Origin: Candidatus Omnitrophota bacterium
GTDB taxonomy: Bacteria > Omnitrophota > Omnitrophia > Omnitrophales > Aquincolibacteriaceae
Direction: 5' to 3'
Length of the DNA stretch: 60,583 nucleotides
NCBI GenBank assembly: GCA_043732705.1
Contig: JAYTHE010000016.1
Span: 1-60,583, forward strand
Both the position numbers and the translations under genes were made by a program. Of this stretch, positions 37,253-46,514 are shown in pieces (position 1 is the stretch's first letter; every line of letters begins with the position of its first letter). The notes beneath the pieces were generated by a model that saw only the letters and a list, made by a program, of their open reading frames with translations, ran no database searches and had not been told where the DNA came from.

Positions 37253-39934
37253 ATGTCGATACCTGAACTCAACCTGGACCTCACTTCTACTCCCAAGCTG
37301 ACTCCGATGATGGAACAGTATCGTTCCATCAAAAAAACTTTGCCGTCAGCGACCATTCTTTTCTTCCGTCTTGGAGATTTCTATGAAATGTTTTTCGACG
37401 ATGCCGTTCAGGGCGCGGAAATTCTCAATATTACTTTGACCGGGCGTGAAGCCGGCGCCGCGGGACGGATTCCGATGTGCGGTTTCCCTTATCATGCTTT
37501 TTCAGGCTATGTCCGGCTTTTACTCGATAAAAATTTAAAAGTTGCCGTTTGCGAGCAAGTGGGCGAACCATCCAAAACTAAAGGTCTGATGGAAAGAAAA
37601 GTCACTAGGTTGATTACCCCCGCGACTTATTTGGATGATGAGAATGCGTCCCGCACTTCCGAATACTTGGCGGCGGTGATCCGTAAATCAGGCGAAGCGG
37701 CCATTGCTTATCTTGAATTGGGAACGGGTGACTTTTGGGTGCGCCGCGTCAGCGAAGACCGGTTGCTCGATGAATTGGCATTGATCCATCCACGCGAAGT
37801 GATTCTGCCCAAAAGCCTTGCCGAAGGTGCCGTGAACGATTTCGCCAAAGAATGGCTGCATGCGGCTGTCAGTGTTTATGAGGATTGGATTTTTGAAACG
37901 TCCGAATCCGCCGACCGTTTGAAGCAAGTGTTTCATTTAAGCGGCGCGCAATCTTTGAGTTTTCATGATGATGCTTTGGCGGTCGGAGCTTGCGGCGCCG
38001 TACTTTATTATTTGCATGATCATTTTCATCACGCTTTGGGGCATGTACGTATACCAAAAATAATTCAAGCGCATGCCTGTATGATTCTGGACCGTCAGGC
38101 GCAGAAAAGTTTGGAGCTGGTTGCGAATGAACAGGGCCGCAAAGGCCTCGGAACTTTATTTCGTGTTCTGGATGAAACTTTGACTTCAATGGGAACGCGC
38201 CAACTGGAAGAATGGATTCTCCGTCCTTTGGTGCAAGTTAAAGATATTCACGCGCGGCAGGAATCAATTAAAGAACTGGTACAAAACCGCATGTCATCTG
38301 AAACGCTTATGACTTTGCTTTCCGGAATCCGCGATATGGAGCGTACGCTCAGCCGCTTGAATTCCGGCGTGGCGAATGCGCGTGATCTCGTGAATCTAAA
38401 AAACTTTCTCAACCGCATTCCTGATTTAAGAACTGAACTGAGCCGCCTCGCGAGCGACCTGCTGCTTGATTTTTCCAAGAAGATTCAGCCTTTTCCGGCT
38501 TTGTGCCAAATGATTGATTCTGCGATTGTTTCTGAGCCTCCTTTGACCGTGCGCGAAGGCAGCATGATTCGCGAAAAGTATTCTGCAGAACTGGATGAAT
38601 ACCGGCATCTTTCCCAAAATGGCAAGCAATGGATATTGGATTTCCAACAGCGCGAAATTGAACGCACCGGTATTAAATCGCTGAAAGTGAAGTATTCTCA
38701 AGTTTTTGGTTATGGAATTGAAATCAGCAAGAATAACTTAAACGCCGTTCCCGACAATTATATCCGTCGCCAAACTTTGGCGAACGCGGAAAGATTTGTT
38801 TTGCCTGAATTGACCGAGTGGGACCAGAAGATTTCCGGCGCTCAGGACAAAATGAAAGTCATGGAGTATGAGATTTTTAACCAGATTCGCGGCCGTGTTT
38901 TAGAACAGCTCACGCCTTTGCAGGAAATGGCGCGCGCGGTGGGTTCGCTGGATGCCTTGCTTGCGCTTGCCCGCGTAGCGAATCAAAAACAATGGGTGTG
39001 CCCCGAAGTCACGGAAGGCGATGTGATTCATATTGAGGCCGGCCGCCATCCGGTTGTCGAAAACATGCTACCGCTCGGTAAGTTTGTTGAAAACGATTTA
39101 TTGCTCAATCAAAAAGATCATCAGTTGATTATTTTGACGGGACCGAACATGGCGGGTAAATCGACTTATATCCGCCAAACCGCTTTGATTGTACTTCTCG
39201 CGCAAATCGGCAGTTTTGTTCCCGCAAAAGCATGCCGTGTGGGAGTCGTCGACCGTATTTTTACCCGCATCGGCGCCTCGGATGATTTGGCGCGCGGTGA
39301 AAGTACCTTTATGGTTGAAATGCTTGAAACTTCGCGGATTTTAAATGAAGCCACTTCACGCAGCTTATTGATATTAGATGAAGTCGGTCGCGGAACTTCT
39401 ACGTTTGATGGGCTGAGCATCGCTTGGGCGATCTGTGAACGTTTAGCCTCTGGAGTGTCTAATTTTTCCTCTGCGCCGAAGGCGCAACCGGGCGTAAAGC
39501 CACGCACGCTTTTTGCGACGCATTATCATGAGTTGACCCAATTAGAAGGGCATTTCCCTTCGATTTGCAATTACACGATGAAAGTCAAAGAAACATCGGA
39601 TGAAGTTCTGTTTCTCCGTAAAGTGATTCGCGGTGCAAGTGACCGCAGTTACGGTATTCATGTCGCGCAGCTTGCCGGACTTCCTGCGGCGGTGACAACT
39701 CGTGCCAAAGAAATTCTGAAAGTGCTTGAAACTGAAAACAAGGAAGCAACGCAGATTTTAGAAGGCGGGCGACCGGCGATTAATTCTTCCTCCGTGCCTT
39801 CGGCACAACCGGTAGAACATCCTCTTGTTGGTGAGTTAAAGGAACTCGATATCAATTCTATGACACCCATTCAGGCTTTACAGAAGTTAGAAGAGTTTAA
39901 ATCTCGGGCCTCGGTTCTTCGGTCTCGGGACTAG
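37253..39934 (+). CDS. mutS: DNA mismatch repair protein MutS
   Basis: TPMMEQY, GDFYEMF, TGPNMAGKST, DEVGRGT, ATHYHEL, SYGIHVA. Confidence 0.97.
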   Translation: MSIPELNLDLTSTPKLTPMMEQYRSIKKTLPSATILFFRLGDFYEMFFDDAVQGAEILNITLTGREAGAAGRIPMCGFPYHAFSGYVRLLLDKNLKVAVCEQVGEPSKTKGLMERKVTRLITPATYLDDENASRTSEYLAAVIRKSGEAAIAYLELGTGDFWVRRVSEDRLLDELALIHPREVILPKSLAEGAVNDFAKEWLHAAVSVYEDWIFETSESADRLKQVFHLSGAQSLSFHDDALAVGACGAVLYYLHDHFHHALGHVRIPKIIQAHACMILDRQAQKSLELVANEQGRKGLGTLFRVLDETLTSMGTRQLEEWILRPLVQVKDIHARQESIKELVQNRMSSETLMTLLSGIRDMERTLSRLNSGVANARDLVNLKNFLNRIPDLRTELSRLASDLLLDFSKKIQPFPALCQMIDSAIVSEPPLTVREGSMIREKYSAELDEYRHLSQNGKQWILDFQQREIERTGIKSLKVKYSQVFGYGIEISKNNLNAVPDNYIRRQTLANAERFVLPELTEWDQKISGAQDKMKVMEYEIFNQIRGRVLEQLTPLQEMARAVGSLDALLALARVANQKQWVCPEVTEGDVIHIEAGRHPVVENMLPLGKFVENDLLLNQKDHQLIILTGPNMAGKSTYIRQTALIVLLAQIGSFVPAKACRVGVVDRIFTRIGASDDLARGESTFMVEMLETSRILNEATSRSLLILDEVGRGTSTFDGLSIAWAICERLASGVSNFSSAPKAQPGVKPRTLFATHYHELTQLEGHFPSICNYTMKVKETSDEVLFLRKVIRGASDRSYGIHVAQLAGLPAAVTTRAKEILKVLETENKEATQILEGGRPAINSSSVPSAQPVEHPLVGELKELDINSMTPIQALQKLEEFKSRASVLRSRD
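39468..39491 (+). repeat. Family A repeat in the MutS ATPase domain
   Basis: CCTC-TGCGCC-GAA-GGCGCA-ACCGG, encodes SSAPKAQPG. Confidence 0.85.
39789..39812 (+). repeat. Family A repeat in the MutS C-terminal linker
   Basis: CCTC-CGTGCC-TTC-GGCACA-ACCGG, encodes SSVPSAQPV. Confidence 0.85.
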
Positions 39935-39938
39935 TTTT

Positions 39939-41774
39939 ATGGTTAATAAAATTCAAATTCTTTCCGAACGCATTGCCAACAAAATTGCCGCGGGTGAAGT
40001 TGTCGAAAGGCCCGCTTCGATTGTTAAAGAGCTTCTGGAAAATTCGATCGATGCCGGCGCGACTTTAATCGAAGTGACCGTTCATCACGGCGGAAAAAGT
40101 TTAATCAGCATTTCCGATAACGGCAGCGGGATGTCGCCGCAGGACGCGGAACTCGCGTTTAAACGGCACGCGACCAGCAAAATTAAATCGGATGATGATT
40201 TGGCTCACATTGCTTCATTCGGCTTTCGCGGAGAAGCTTTGCCGAGTATTGCGGCGGTTTCACGCATGACACTCGTCACCAAGCCGCATGACTCTGAAAC
40301 GGGAACCGAAATTTGGATGGTCGGCGGAGCGCTTGCCAAGGCTCGTGAAGCGGCGGCTTCACCAGGGACAACAGTAGAAGTGCGCGATTTATTTTTCAAT
40401 ACGCCCGCCCGCAGAAAATTTTTGAAGCAGGACTCCACCGAATTCGGACACATTCACGAAGTTTTGGCCTCGGCCGCGCTTGCAAACCCAAAAATCCATT
40501 TTGTTTTCAAAAATCAGGAGAAAACTATTTGGGATCTACCTTCTTTAGCCTCTGAGCCTTCAGCTCAACCGGCGGGTAGTCATTACCGCGAACGTGTCAA
40601 AGCAGTTTTAGGCGGGGATTGGGGCGACATGCTGATTCCTATTGAAGCGCAGATTCCGCATGTGAAAGTTTCCGGTTTTATTACGAAGCCGGAATTCGCG
40701 CGCGGCAACCGTCTCACGCAATATATTTATGTGAATCAGCGCTGGGTTAAATCTTTCGCAGTTCAATATGCGGTTGATGCCGGTTACCACGGATTTTTAA
40801 TGCATGGCCGTTATCCCGCCGTCATTTTATTCGTGGATGTTCATCCGCAATACGTGGACGTGAATGTTCATCCCACGAAACAGCAAGTACGGCTTTCAGG
40901 CGAAACTTCGATTAAGTCAATGATTCAAAATGCCATTGCCGCGTCTTTGCGCAATGCGCCTGATCTGAGGCCTGCTTTGGCGGATAAACCCGCGTCCATA
41001 TTTAAAGCGGGTACGGAAGCTTTTTTTGCATCCCGCTCGGATACCCTCGAAAAAGATAAACAACCCGATTCTGATTTTACGGCCGCTCCGGTTTCGCAAT
41101 GGGAAACCGCGCTTCAGGAAACTGCCGCGTCATTTTCGAGCGTGAAAGAGCCAGAATTGCCGGATTGGAAGCCTGTTACTTCTGACCGGCCGGTGATTAC
41201 GAAAGTATTGGGGCAAGTTCATGGAACTTTTATTTTGGCTGAGACCGAAGAAGGGTATGTCGTGATTGATCAGCATGCCGCGCATGAAAAAATTCAATTT
41301 GAAAGTCTGCGTCAAAATCTTGAAAAAGCGAGCCCAGTTTCACAGCGGCTTCTGATCGAAGAAATGTTGGAGCTCAATCCGCGCCATTTTGCGGTGTATG
41401 AGGAATACGCGGAGTTTCTGAGAAAGATCGGGTTTGACATGGAATTATTCGGCGACAAAACGCTGCTGATCCGCTCGGTGCCGAATGCATTTCGCAATGA
41501 AAATCCAAAACAAGTTTTAACTTCTTATTTTGAGCAGAAAGAAACCGGCGAAGCGGGAGTCAGGCTCGAGCATTATCAGGCTGATTTGGCGGCCATGCTT
41601 GCCTGCAAAACACGCTCCGTAAAAGCGCATGATTCGCTCAATATGGAAGAGATGCGGAAACTGACCGATGAGCTGATGCGCTGCGAGCATCCTTTTCATT
41701 GTCCTCATGGCCGTCCCTCCATGCTTAAATATTCGTTCGCTGAGCTTGAGCGCCAATTCAAACGTAAACTCTGA
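39939..41774 (+). CDS. mutL: DNA mismatch repair protein MutL
   Basis: IAAGEVVERP, GFRGEAL, DQHAAHE, CPHGRP. Confidence 0.97.
   Translation: MVNKIQILSERIANKIAAGEVVERPASIVKELLENSIDAGATLIEVTVHHGGKSLISISDNGSGMSPQDAELAFKRHATSKIKSDDDLAHIASFGFRGEALPSIAAVSRMTLVTKPHDSETGTEIWMVGGALAKAREAAASPGTTVEVRDLFFNTPARRKFLKQDSTEFGHIHEVLASAALANPKIHFVFKNQEKTIWDLPSLASEPSAQPAGSHYRERVKAVLGGDWGDMLIPIEAQIPHVKVSGFITKPEFARGNRLTQYIYVNQRWVKSFAVQYAVDAGYHGFLMHGRYPAVILFVDVHPQYVDVNVHPTKQQVRLSGETSIKSMIQNAIAASLRNAPDLRPALADKPASIFKAGTEAFFASRSDTLEKDKQPDSDFTAAPVSQWETALQETAASFSSVKEPELPDWKPVTSDRPVITKVLGQVHGTFILAETEEGYVVIDQHAAHEKIQFESLRQNLEKASPVSQRLLIEEMLELNPRHFAVYEEYAEFLRKIGFDMELFGDKTLLIRSVPNAFRNENPKQVLTSYFEQKETGEAGVRLEHYQADLAAMLACKTRSVKAHDSLNMEEMRKLTDELMRCEHPFHCPHGRPSMLKYSFAELERQFKRKL
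40549..40572 (+). repeat. Family A repeat in mutL
   Basis: CCTC-TGAGC-CTTCA-GCTCA-ACCGG, encodes ASEPSAQPA. Confidence 0.85.
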
Positions 41775-41881
41775 CAAGACAAGAGACATGAGACAAGAGA
41801 CCGAAAGTTTTCCCTTTTATATTAAAGTCTTCACGGTTTTCTTTTTTTGTCTCGGGTCTCTGGTCTCCAGTCTCGGGTCTG
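41773..41881. repeat. Family E heptamer tracts, inverted pair
   Basis: (GACAAGA/GACATGA)n versus (GTCTCGG/GTCTCTG/GTCTCCA)n. Confidence 0.75.
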
Positions 41882-42330
41882 CAACAGCGGAGCAGGCGCA
41901 TGTGCAGCGCGTGATTGACGGCGATACCGTAGTTTTGGATGACGGCACGCGCGTGCGTTTGATCGGCATTAACGCGCCTGAAATTGAAAACCGGAACTTT
42001 GGACATCGCGGCGACCCTTACGGCGAAGAAGCCAAGCAAATTCTCAAACAAATGGTTGAAGGCAAGGTGGTTGATTTGCAGGATGGCCCCGAAAAAAAAG
42101 ATAAATATGACCGAAGGCTCGCTTATATTTATTTGCCCGATCACTTTTTTGTGAATCAAAATCTGATCGAAGTCGGCGCCGCCGAAGCCTACCGGAAATT
42201 CGACCATCCTTTCCGCAGCGAATTTATTGAAATTGAAAAGCAGGCCAAGCAAAAAAATATTGGGTTATGGGCCATTGAAAAGCATGCGCCGAGTTGGTGG
42301 GAAAGACTTTTCGGAGTGAAGCGGCCGTGA
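41788..42330 (+). CDS. Thermonuclease (SNase) family protein, exported
   Basis: VIDGDT, VRLIGINAPE, DKYDRRLAY, GLW; hydrophobic N-terminus. Confidence 0.92.
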   Translation: MRQETESFPFYIKVFTVFFFCLGSLVSSLGSATAEQAHVQRVIDGDTVVLDDGTRVRLIGINAPEIENRNFGHRGDPYGEEAKQILKQMVEGKVVDLQDGPEKKDKYDRRLAYIYLPDHFFVNQNLIEVGAAEAYRKFDHPFRSEFIEIEKQAKQKNIGLWAIEKHAPSWWERLFGVKRP

Positions 42331-43442
42331 GCCCCATGAAACAAAATCAAAATTGGGACGCGATTGTGGTCGGCGGCGGAATCGCGGGTCTAGGAGTGGC
42401 GCGCGCCTTAGCTTTAAAAAAAAAGAAAGTTTTAATTTTAGAAAAGCCTGTTTCAGGCGCCGCGAGTCCGCATGCCTCCGGTATTCTGGATCCCTTTGTT
42501 GATTTAGACTTTCGTTCCGAGATTCTCGCGTTGACCCTTCCTTCCGTGAAAAAATATCCCCAGTGGATTCGGCAAATCGAATCCGCGACCGGCCTTCAAA
42601 CAGGTTATCAAAAAATGGACCTTCTTTATGTTGCTTTTTCGGCGCGCGAAGAAAAGCAGCTGCGCGGTTTTTTAAAAGTCTCCGGTTTTCAAAAAAAAAT
42701 AAGTATGGAGTGGTTGACTGGTGATGTAGTGAGAGAAATTGAACCTGATATTTCCTCAAAAGTTTGCGCCGGGCTGCGCCTTCACGGTGTAGCGCGAGTC
42801 ATTCCTTCCCGGCTTATGCGGGCTTTACGGGCTTGGTTAAAGAAGCAGGGTGTGGCTTTTTTGGAAATAGGGGGGAATCCGGAACTACTGGTTGAAAAAG
42901 GAAGAACTGTAGGAATCCGCTTCGGAAGCCGTTCTTTCAAGGCAGCGCAAGTGGTGGGCTGCTTGGGAGCGTGGGCAGGCGCCATGAGCAAAAGTTCATT
43001 TTTTCATGAGCCGGTTGAGCCGGTACGCGGCCAGGTTGTTATTTACGCGCGTCAAAAGCCTTTGCGGGTTTTATTGCACACAGTGGACGGAGGATATTTG
43101 ATTCCCTGGACAAAAGGCCGAATTCTTGCCGGCTCGACAGTCGAGCAAGCTGGTTTTACACCTCAAGTCACGGCACAAGGGAAAAAGAAAATCCACCGCT
43201 ATGCGGAAAGAATTTTGCCGAGATTGGCAAACCGGAAGCCCGTTCAACAGTGGGCAGGCTTGAGGCCGCGCAGTGTATCGCGAGTCCCAAGAATTGGAAA
43301 AACGCGGATCTCGGGGTATTATGTGGCGAACGGATATTATCGCTGCGGTATTTTAATTGGGTTATATGCGGGCGAGCTTTTAGCTCAAGTGATGGAATCG
43401 GGAAAAAATCCGCCGGAATTGCGGCCTTTCAGTAAAATGTGA
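42327..43442 (+). CDS. FAD-dependent oxidoreductase, glycine oxidase ThiO-like
   Basis: VGGGIAG, GAW, PVRGQ, YLIP, GSTVE, WAGLRP, GYYRCGIL. Confidence 0.8.
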   Translation: MSPMKQNQNWDAIVVGGGIAGLGVARALALKKKKVLILEKPVSGAASPHASGILDPFVDLDFRSEILALTLPSVKKYPQWIRQIESATGLQTGYQKMDLLYVAFSAREEKQLRGFLKVSGFQKKISMEWLTGDVVREIEPDISSKVCAGLRLHGVARVIPSRLMRALRAWLKKQGVAFLEIGGNPELLVEKGRTVGIRFGSRSFKAAQVVGCLGAWAGAMSKSSFFHEPVEPVRGQVVIYARQKPLRVLLHTVDGGYLIPWTKGRILAGSTVEQAGFTPQVTAQGKKKIHRYAERILPRLANRKPVQQWAGLRPRSVSRVPRIGKTRISGYYVANGYYRCGILIGLYAGELLAQVMESGKNPPELRPFSKM

Positions 43443-43514
43443 AGTGCTAAGGCTGGCCTGAATCGCGATGGCGGCAAAAAGAAATTATAAAAAAAGATTT
43501 AAAAGGAGAAGCTA

Positions 43515-44189
43515 ATGAAAGTTTTAATTGTTGAAGATGAAGCGAAAATGTCCAGTTTTCTTGAACGTGGTTTGAAAGAAGAAGGCTATGAAGTGGACAT
43601 CGCCACGGATGGCGCACGCGGCTGGCAAATGGCATCCGAAGGCCATTATGATCTTTTCGTGGTGGATTGGATGATCCCGCAGATTTCCGGCGTGGAGCTT
43701 TGTAAGAAAATCCGCGAAGCGGGCGTCACCGTTCCGGTAATTTTGCTGACGGCCAAAGATTCCACGGAAGATAAAGTCATGGGTTTGGACGCGGGGGCCG
43801 ACGATTATGTTACCAAGCCGTTTAATTTTGATGAATTGCTTGCGCGTGTTCGTGCGTTGATGCGCCGTCCCGCCAAAGTTTTGGAAGAAACGCATCTTGA
43901 ATCTGGAAAGCTCAAGCTTGATTTATTGCGTCGGCACGTCTACGTCGGAGCGGAAAAAATTACGCTTTCTCAAAAAGAGTTTAAGCTGCTTGAGTTTCTT
44001 CTTAAGCATAAAGACACGCCGGTTTCACGCACCCAAATCGCCGAACAGGTTTGGGATTTACAGTTTGATCCCATGAGCAACACGATCGATGTGTACGTTA
44101 ACTTTTTACGCAAGAAAATTACTCCCGACCAATCCGGCTGCCGCATTGAGACTGTACGCGGTGTAGGCTACCGTCTCGTCGATGCATAA
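43515..44189 (+). CDS. OmpR-family response regulator
   Basis: VEDE, DWMIP, GADDYVTKPF, ETVRGVGY. Confidence 0.95.
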   Translation: MKVLIVEDEAKMSSFLERGLKEEGYEVDIATDGARGWQMASEGHYDLFVVDWMIPQISGVELCKKIREAGVTVPVILLTAKDSTEDKVMGLDAGADDYVTKPFNFDELLARVRALMRRPAKVLEETHLESGKLKLDLLRRHVYVGAEKITLSQKEFKLLEFLLKHKDTPVSRTQIAEQVWDLQFDPMSNTIDVYVNFLRKKITPDQSGCRIETVRGVGYRLVDA

Positions 44190-44209
44190 AATGCTGACCG
44201 TTTTATTTG

Positions 44210-44233
44210 CCTCTGGGCTTTCAGCCCAACCGG
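44210..44233 (+). repeat. Family A repeat, intergenic
   Basis: CCTC-TGGGC-TTTCA-GCCCA-ACCGG. Confidence 0.85.
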
Positions 44234-44277
44234 CACTTGAATCCAGCCGTTTGTAAATTGATGGGGATAAAAGCGGC

Positions 44278-45780
44278 ATGATCCGTCTCCAATCCGTTAA
44301 GGTCCGGCTGACGCTTTGGTATGCGCTTGTCTTAAGCGTTTTCCTTGCGATTTTTTCTTTCATCATGTACGCGGAACTTTCCCGTGCCCTTTATCATGAT
44401 GCCGAGAAAAACCTTTCCTGGTCCGCGCTTCAAGCCGAAGAAGCCCTTAAGGCTAATTTAACTTCAGACCGTGCATTAATCTCGGCTTTAGACCGCAGCG
44501 CTCTCGATCGGATGAAACCTTTTGATTCCGAAGTGAGCGCGAAAATCAACGTGAAGGTTAAAGAGTGGGAGGACCAATCGCAAATTCTCTCCCATAGTTT
44601 GCAAATGATTCGAATTACCGGCCTCGACCAGCAGTTGATTGCTTCAAACCTGGAAGGCTGGGAAAAAGAAATTATTTTTCCTAACTTTGAACGCGACTCT
44701 AATTTTATGGAAAATGGAACTTCATATCAGACCATTCATTTTCAAAATAAACCCTTTCGCCTTTATTACCGGTTGCTGCGTATTGATCATCATCCGGTTC
44801 TTGTGATTCAAACTGCCTATGCGCTTTATGAAACCGAGCATACGCTCCGGCAATTATCCGGAGTAATCGCGGTCGGAATTCCGCTCGCAGTGCTTTGCGC
44901 TTGTTTTGCCGGCTGGTTTCTCGCGCGCCGTTTTTTTCAGCCGGTTGATACCATGACGCGCGAGGCGAAGCAAATTACCGCCGCGCATTTGGAAAGCCGC
45001 TTGCCGCGGACTTTTATGGGCGATGAAATTGACCGCCTGGCGGAAACTTTGAATGAAATGATCGATCGTTTGGAACATTCGACGCGCGCAATGCGCGAAT
45101 TCAGTTCGGACGTTTCGCATGAATTAAAAACACCGCTCGCGATTATCCGCGGCGAGTTGGATTTGGTTTTACGCAAAACCCGGACGCGCGAAGAAATTGA
45201 TAAAGCGCTCGCGGTTATCGGCGAAGAAGCGGATGAGATGATCCGGCTGGTCAATGATTTGATGATTCTCGTCAGGAGCGACGCGCGCCAGCTGCGCCTG
45301 GATAAGAAAACATTGCATGCGGTGCATGTGCTCGAACCTCTTGTAGACCGTTTTCAGGAGCGCGCGCGGCAAAAGGGCGTGCGCTTGCACTGGAGCCCGC
45401 AAGCGGATTGCACTTTTGAGGCGGACGAAGGCCATTTCAAACGTGTGATGAATAATTTAGTCGATAATGCGCTCAAATTTACCGATTCGGGCGGGGAAGT
45501 GAGCGTTTCTTTGATTCTTCAAGGCAAAATGGCGATAGTGGAAGTGCGCGATACAGGGATTGGTATTACTCCCGAGAATCAACCAAAAATATTTATGCGT
45601 TTTTTTCGCGATGAAAAGGCACGCTCAAGAGAAGGATCCGGGTTAGGGCTTAGCATTGTAAAAGCGATTTGTGACGCGCATGCTTGGGAGATTGGTTTAG
45701 AAAGTTTGCCCGGCCAAGGAACCGCAATTCGGATTTTTATTCCTACCGCCGAAGCGAGCAAGTCCATTACTGCGCCATAA
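44278..45780 (+). CDS. HAMP sensor histidine kinase
   Basis: Two TMs, HAMP, SHELKTPL, NLVDNALKF, DTGIGI, GSGLGL. Confidence 0.95.
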   Translation: MIRLQSVKVRLTLWYALVLSVFLAIFSFIMYAELSRALYHDAEKNLSWSALQAEEALKANLTSDRALISALDRSALDRMKPFDSEVSAKINVKVKEWEDQSQILSHSLQMIRITGLDQQLIASNLEGWEKEIIFPNFERDSNFMENGTSYQTIHFQNKPFRLYYRLLRIDHHPVLVIQTAYALYETEHTLRQLSGVIAVGIPLAVLCACFAGWFLARRFFQPVDTMTREAKQITAAHLESRLPRTFMGDEIDRLAETLNEMIDRLEHSTRAMREFSSDVSHELKTPLAIIRGELDLVLRKTRTREEIDKALAVIGEEADEMIRLVNDLMILVRSDARQLRLDKKTLHAVHVLEPLVDRFQERARQKGVRLHWSPQADCTFEADEGHFKRVMNNLVDNALKFTDSGGEVSVSLILQGKMAIVEVRDTGIGITPENQPKIFMRFFRDEKARSREGSGLGLSIVKAICDAHAWEIGLESLPGQGTAIRIFIPTAEASKSITAP

Positions 45781-45867
45781 GAGTCTCTTTTCAAACAAAT
45801 CAGCAATAAGACTCAAAATTTCTCCACTTCAACCGATAATTATGTCAGGCTATAGCCAATAATTATT

Positions 45868-46224
45868 ATGAAGAAAATTCAATCCCAGCTGATTAAGCCT
45901 TTCGTTGAAAAAATGGAAAAGGAATGGCAGGCCTTATATGACAAGGTAAGTGCGTCCAAAGTCTCTGAAGCTTTGGAGTTGCGTCCGATTGTTGAAAATC
46001 ATTTAGGGAAACTGCATCACCTTCGTTCTCAAACTACGGATGGAGAAAATTCCGAAGCGAACTCTACAGATAGTGTGCATGATTTTATCCGGCAGTCGAA
46101 AATGGATTTACGCTCCGCAGAACGCCGCTGGCAGCGCTATTTAGTTTCAACCGAGCGTGTTAAAACAAGACTTGCGAATCATTCCGCGAAGTTTCCAGCG
46201 CCGCCTCCGCCTCAAAAATCTTGA
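45868..46224 (+). CDS. Hypothetical helical protein
   Basis: 118-aa ORF filling the intergenic gap; no recognised motif. Confidence 0.6.
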   Translation: MKKIQSQLIKPFVEKMEKEWQALYDKVSASKVSEALELRPIVENHLGKLHHLRSQTTDGENSEANSTDSVHDFIRQSKMDLRSAERRWQRYLVSTERVKTRLANHSAKFPAPPPPQKS

Positions 46225-46363
46225 CTCTCAAAAAAGTTTTACGGATACTCGCGCAAAAGCTTCTTTTTCCTTGCCATTCCGTGACTATTTCGTAAGATAA
46301 CTGTCAAAGGACGGCCGTTCTTTCACGTTTTTTTCACTTTTTTACTTTCTTTAAACGAGCGCA

Positions 46364-46435
46364 TAATTTACGGAATGAGATGAACGTAAATTAGTTGTGT
46401 GAATTTATACCGAACGCGCAGCTTTGAGGGTTCGG
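46364..46435. repeat. Family D unit, divergent copy
   Basis: TAATTTACG-GAATGAGATGAA-CGTAAATTA + GAATTTA + CCGAAC..GTTCGG. Confidence 0.6.
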
Positions 46436-46514
46436 GATTAGGTGGAAGTTGCGAAGCAACTTTCCATACGCAGGCCGCCCTCCTTTTGTTTTAATGATGG
46501 GGGAATGAATCAGA

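Noticed and set aside
46300-46490. RNase P RNA or known riboswitch upstream of the ATPase-mur operon
   Set aside because: No GAGGAAAGTCC or recognisable riboswitch consensus; partly explained by a Family D unit
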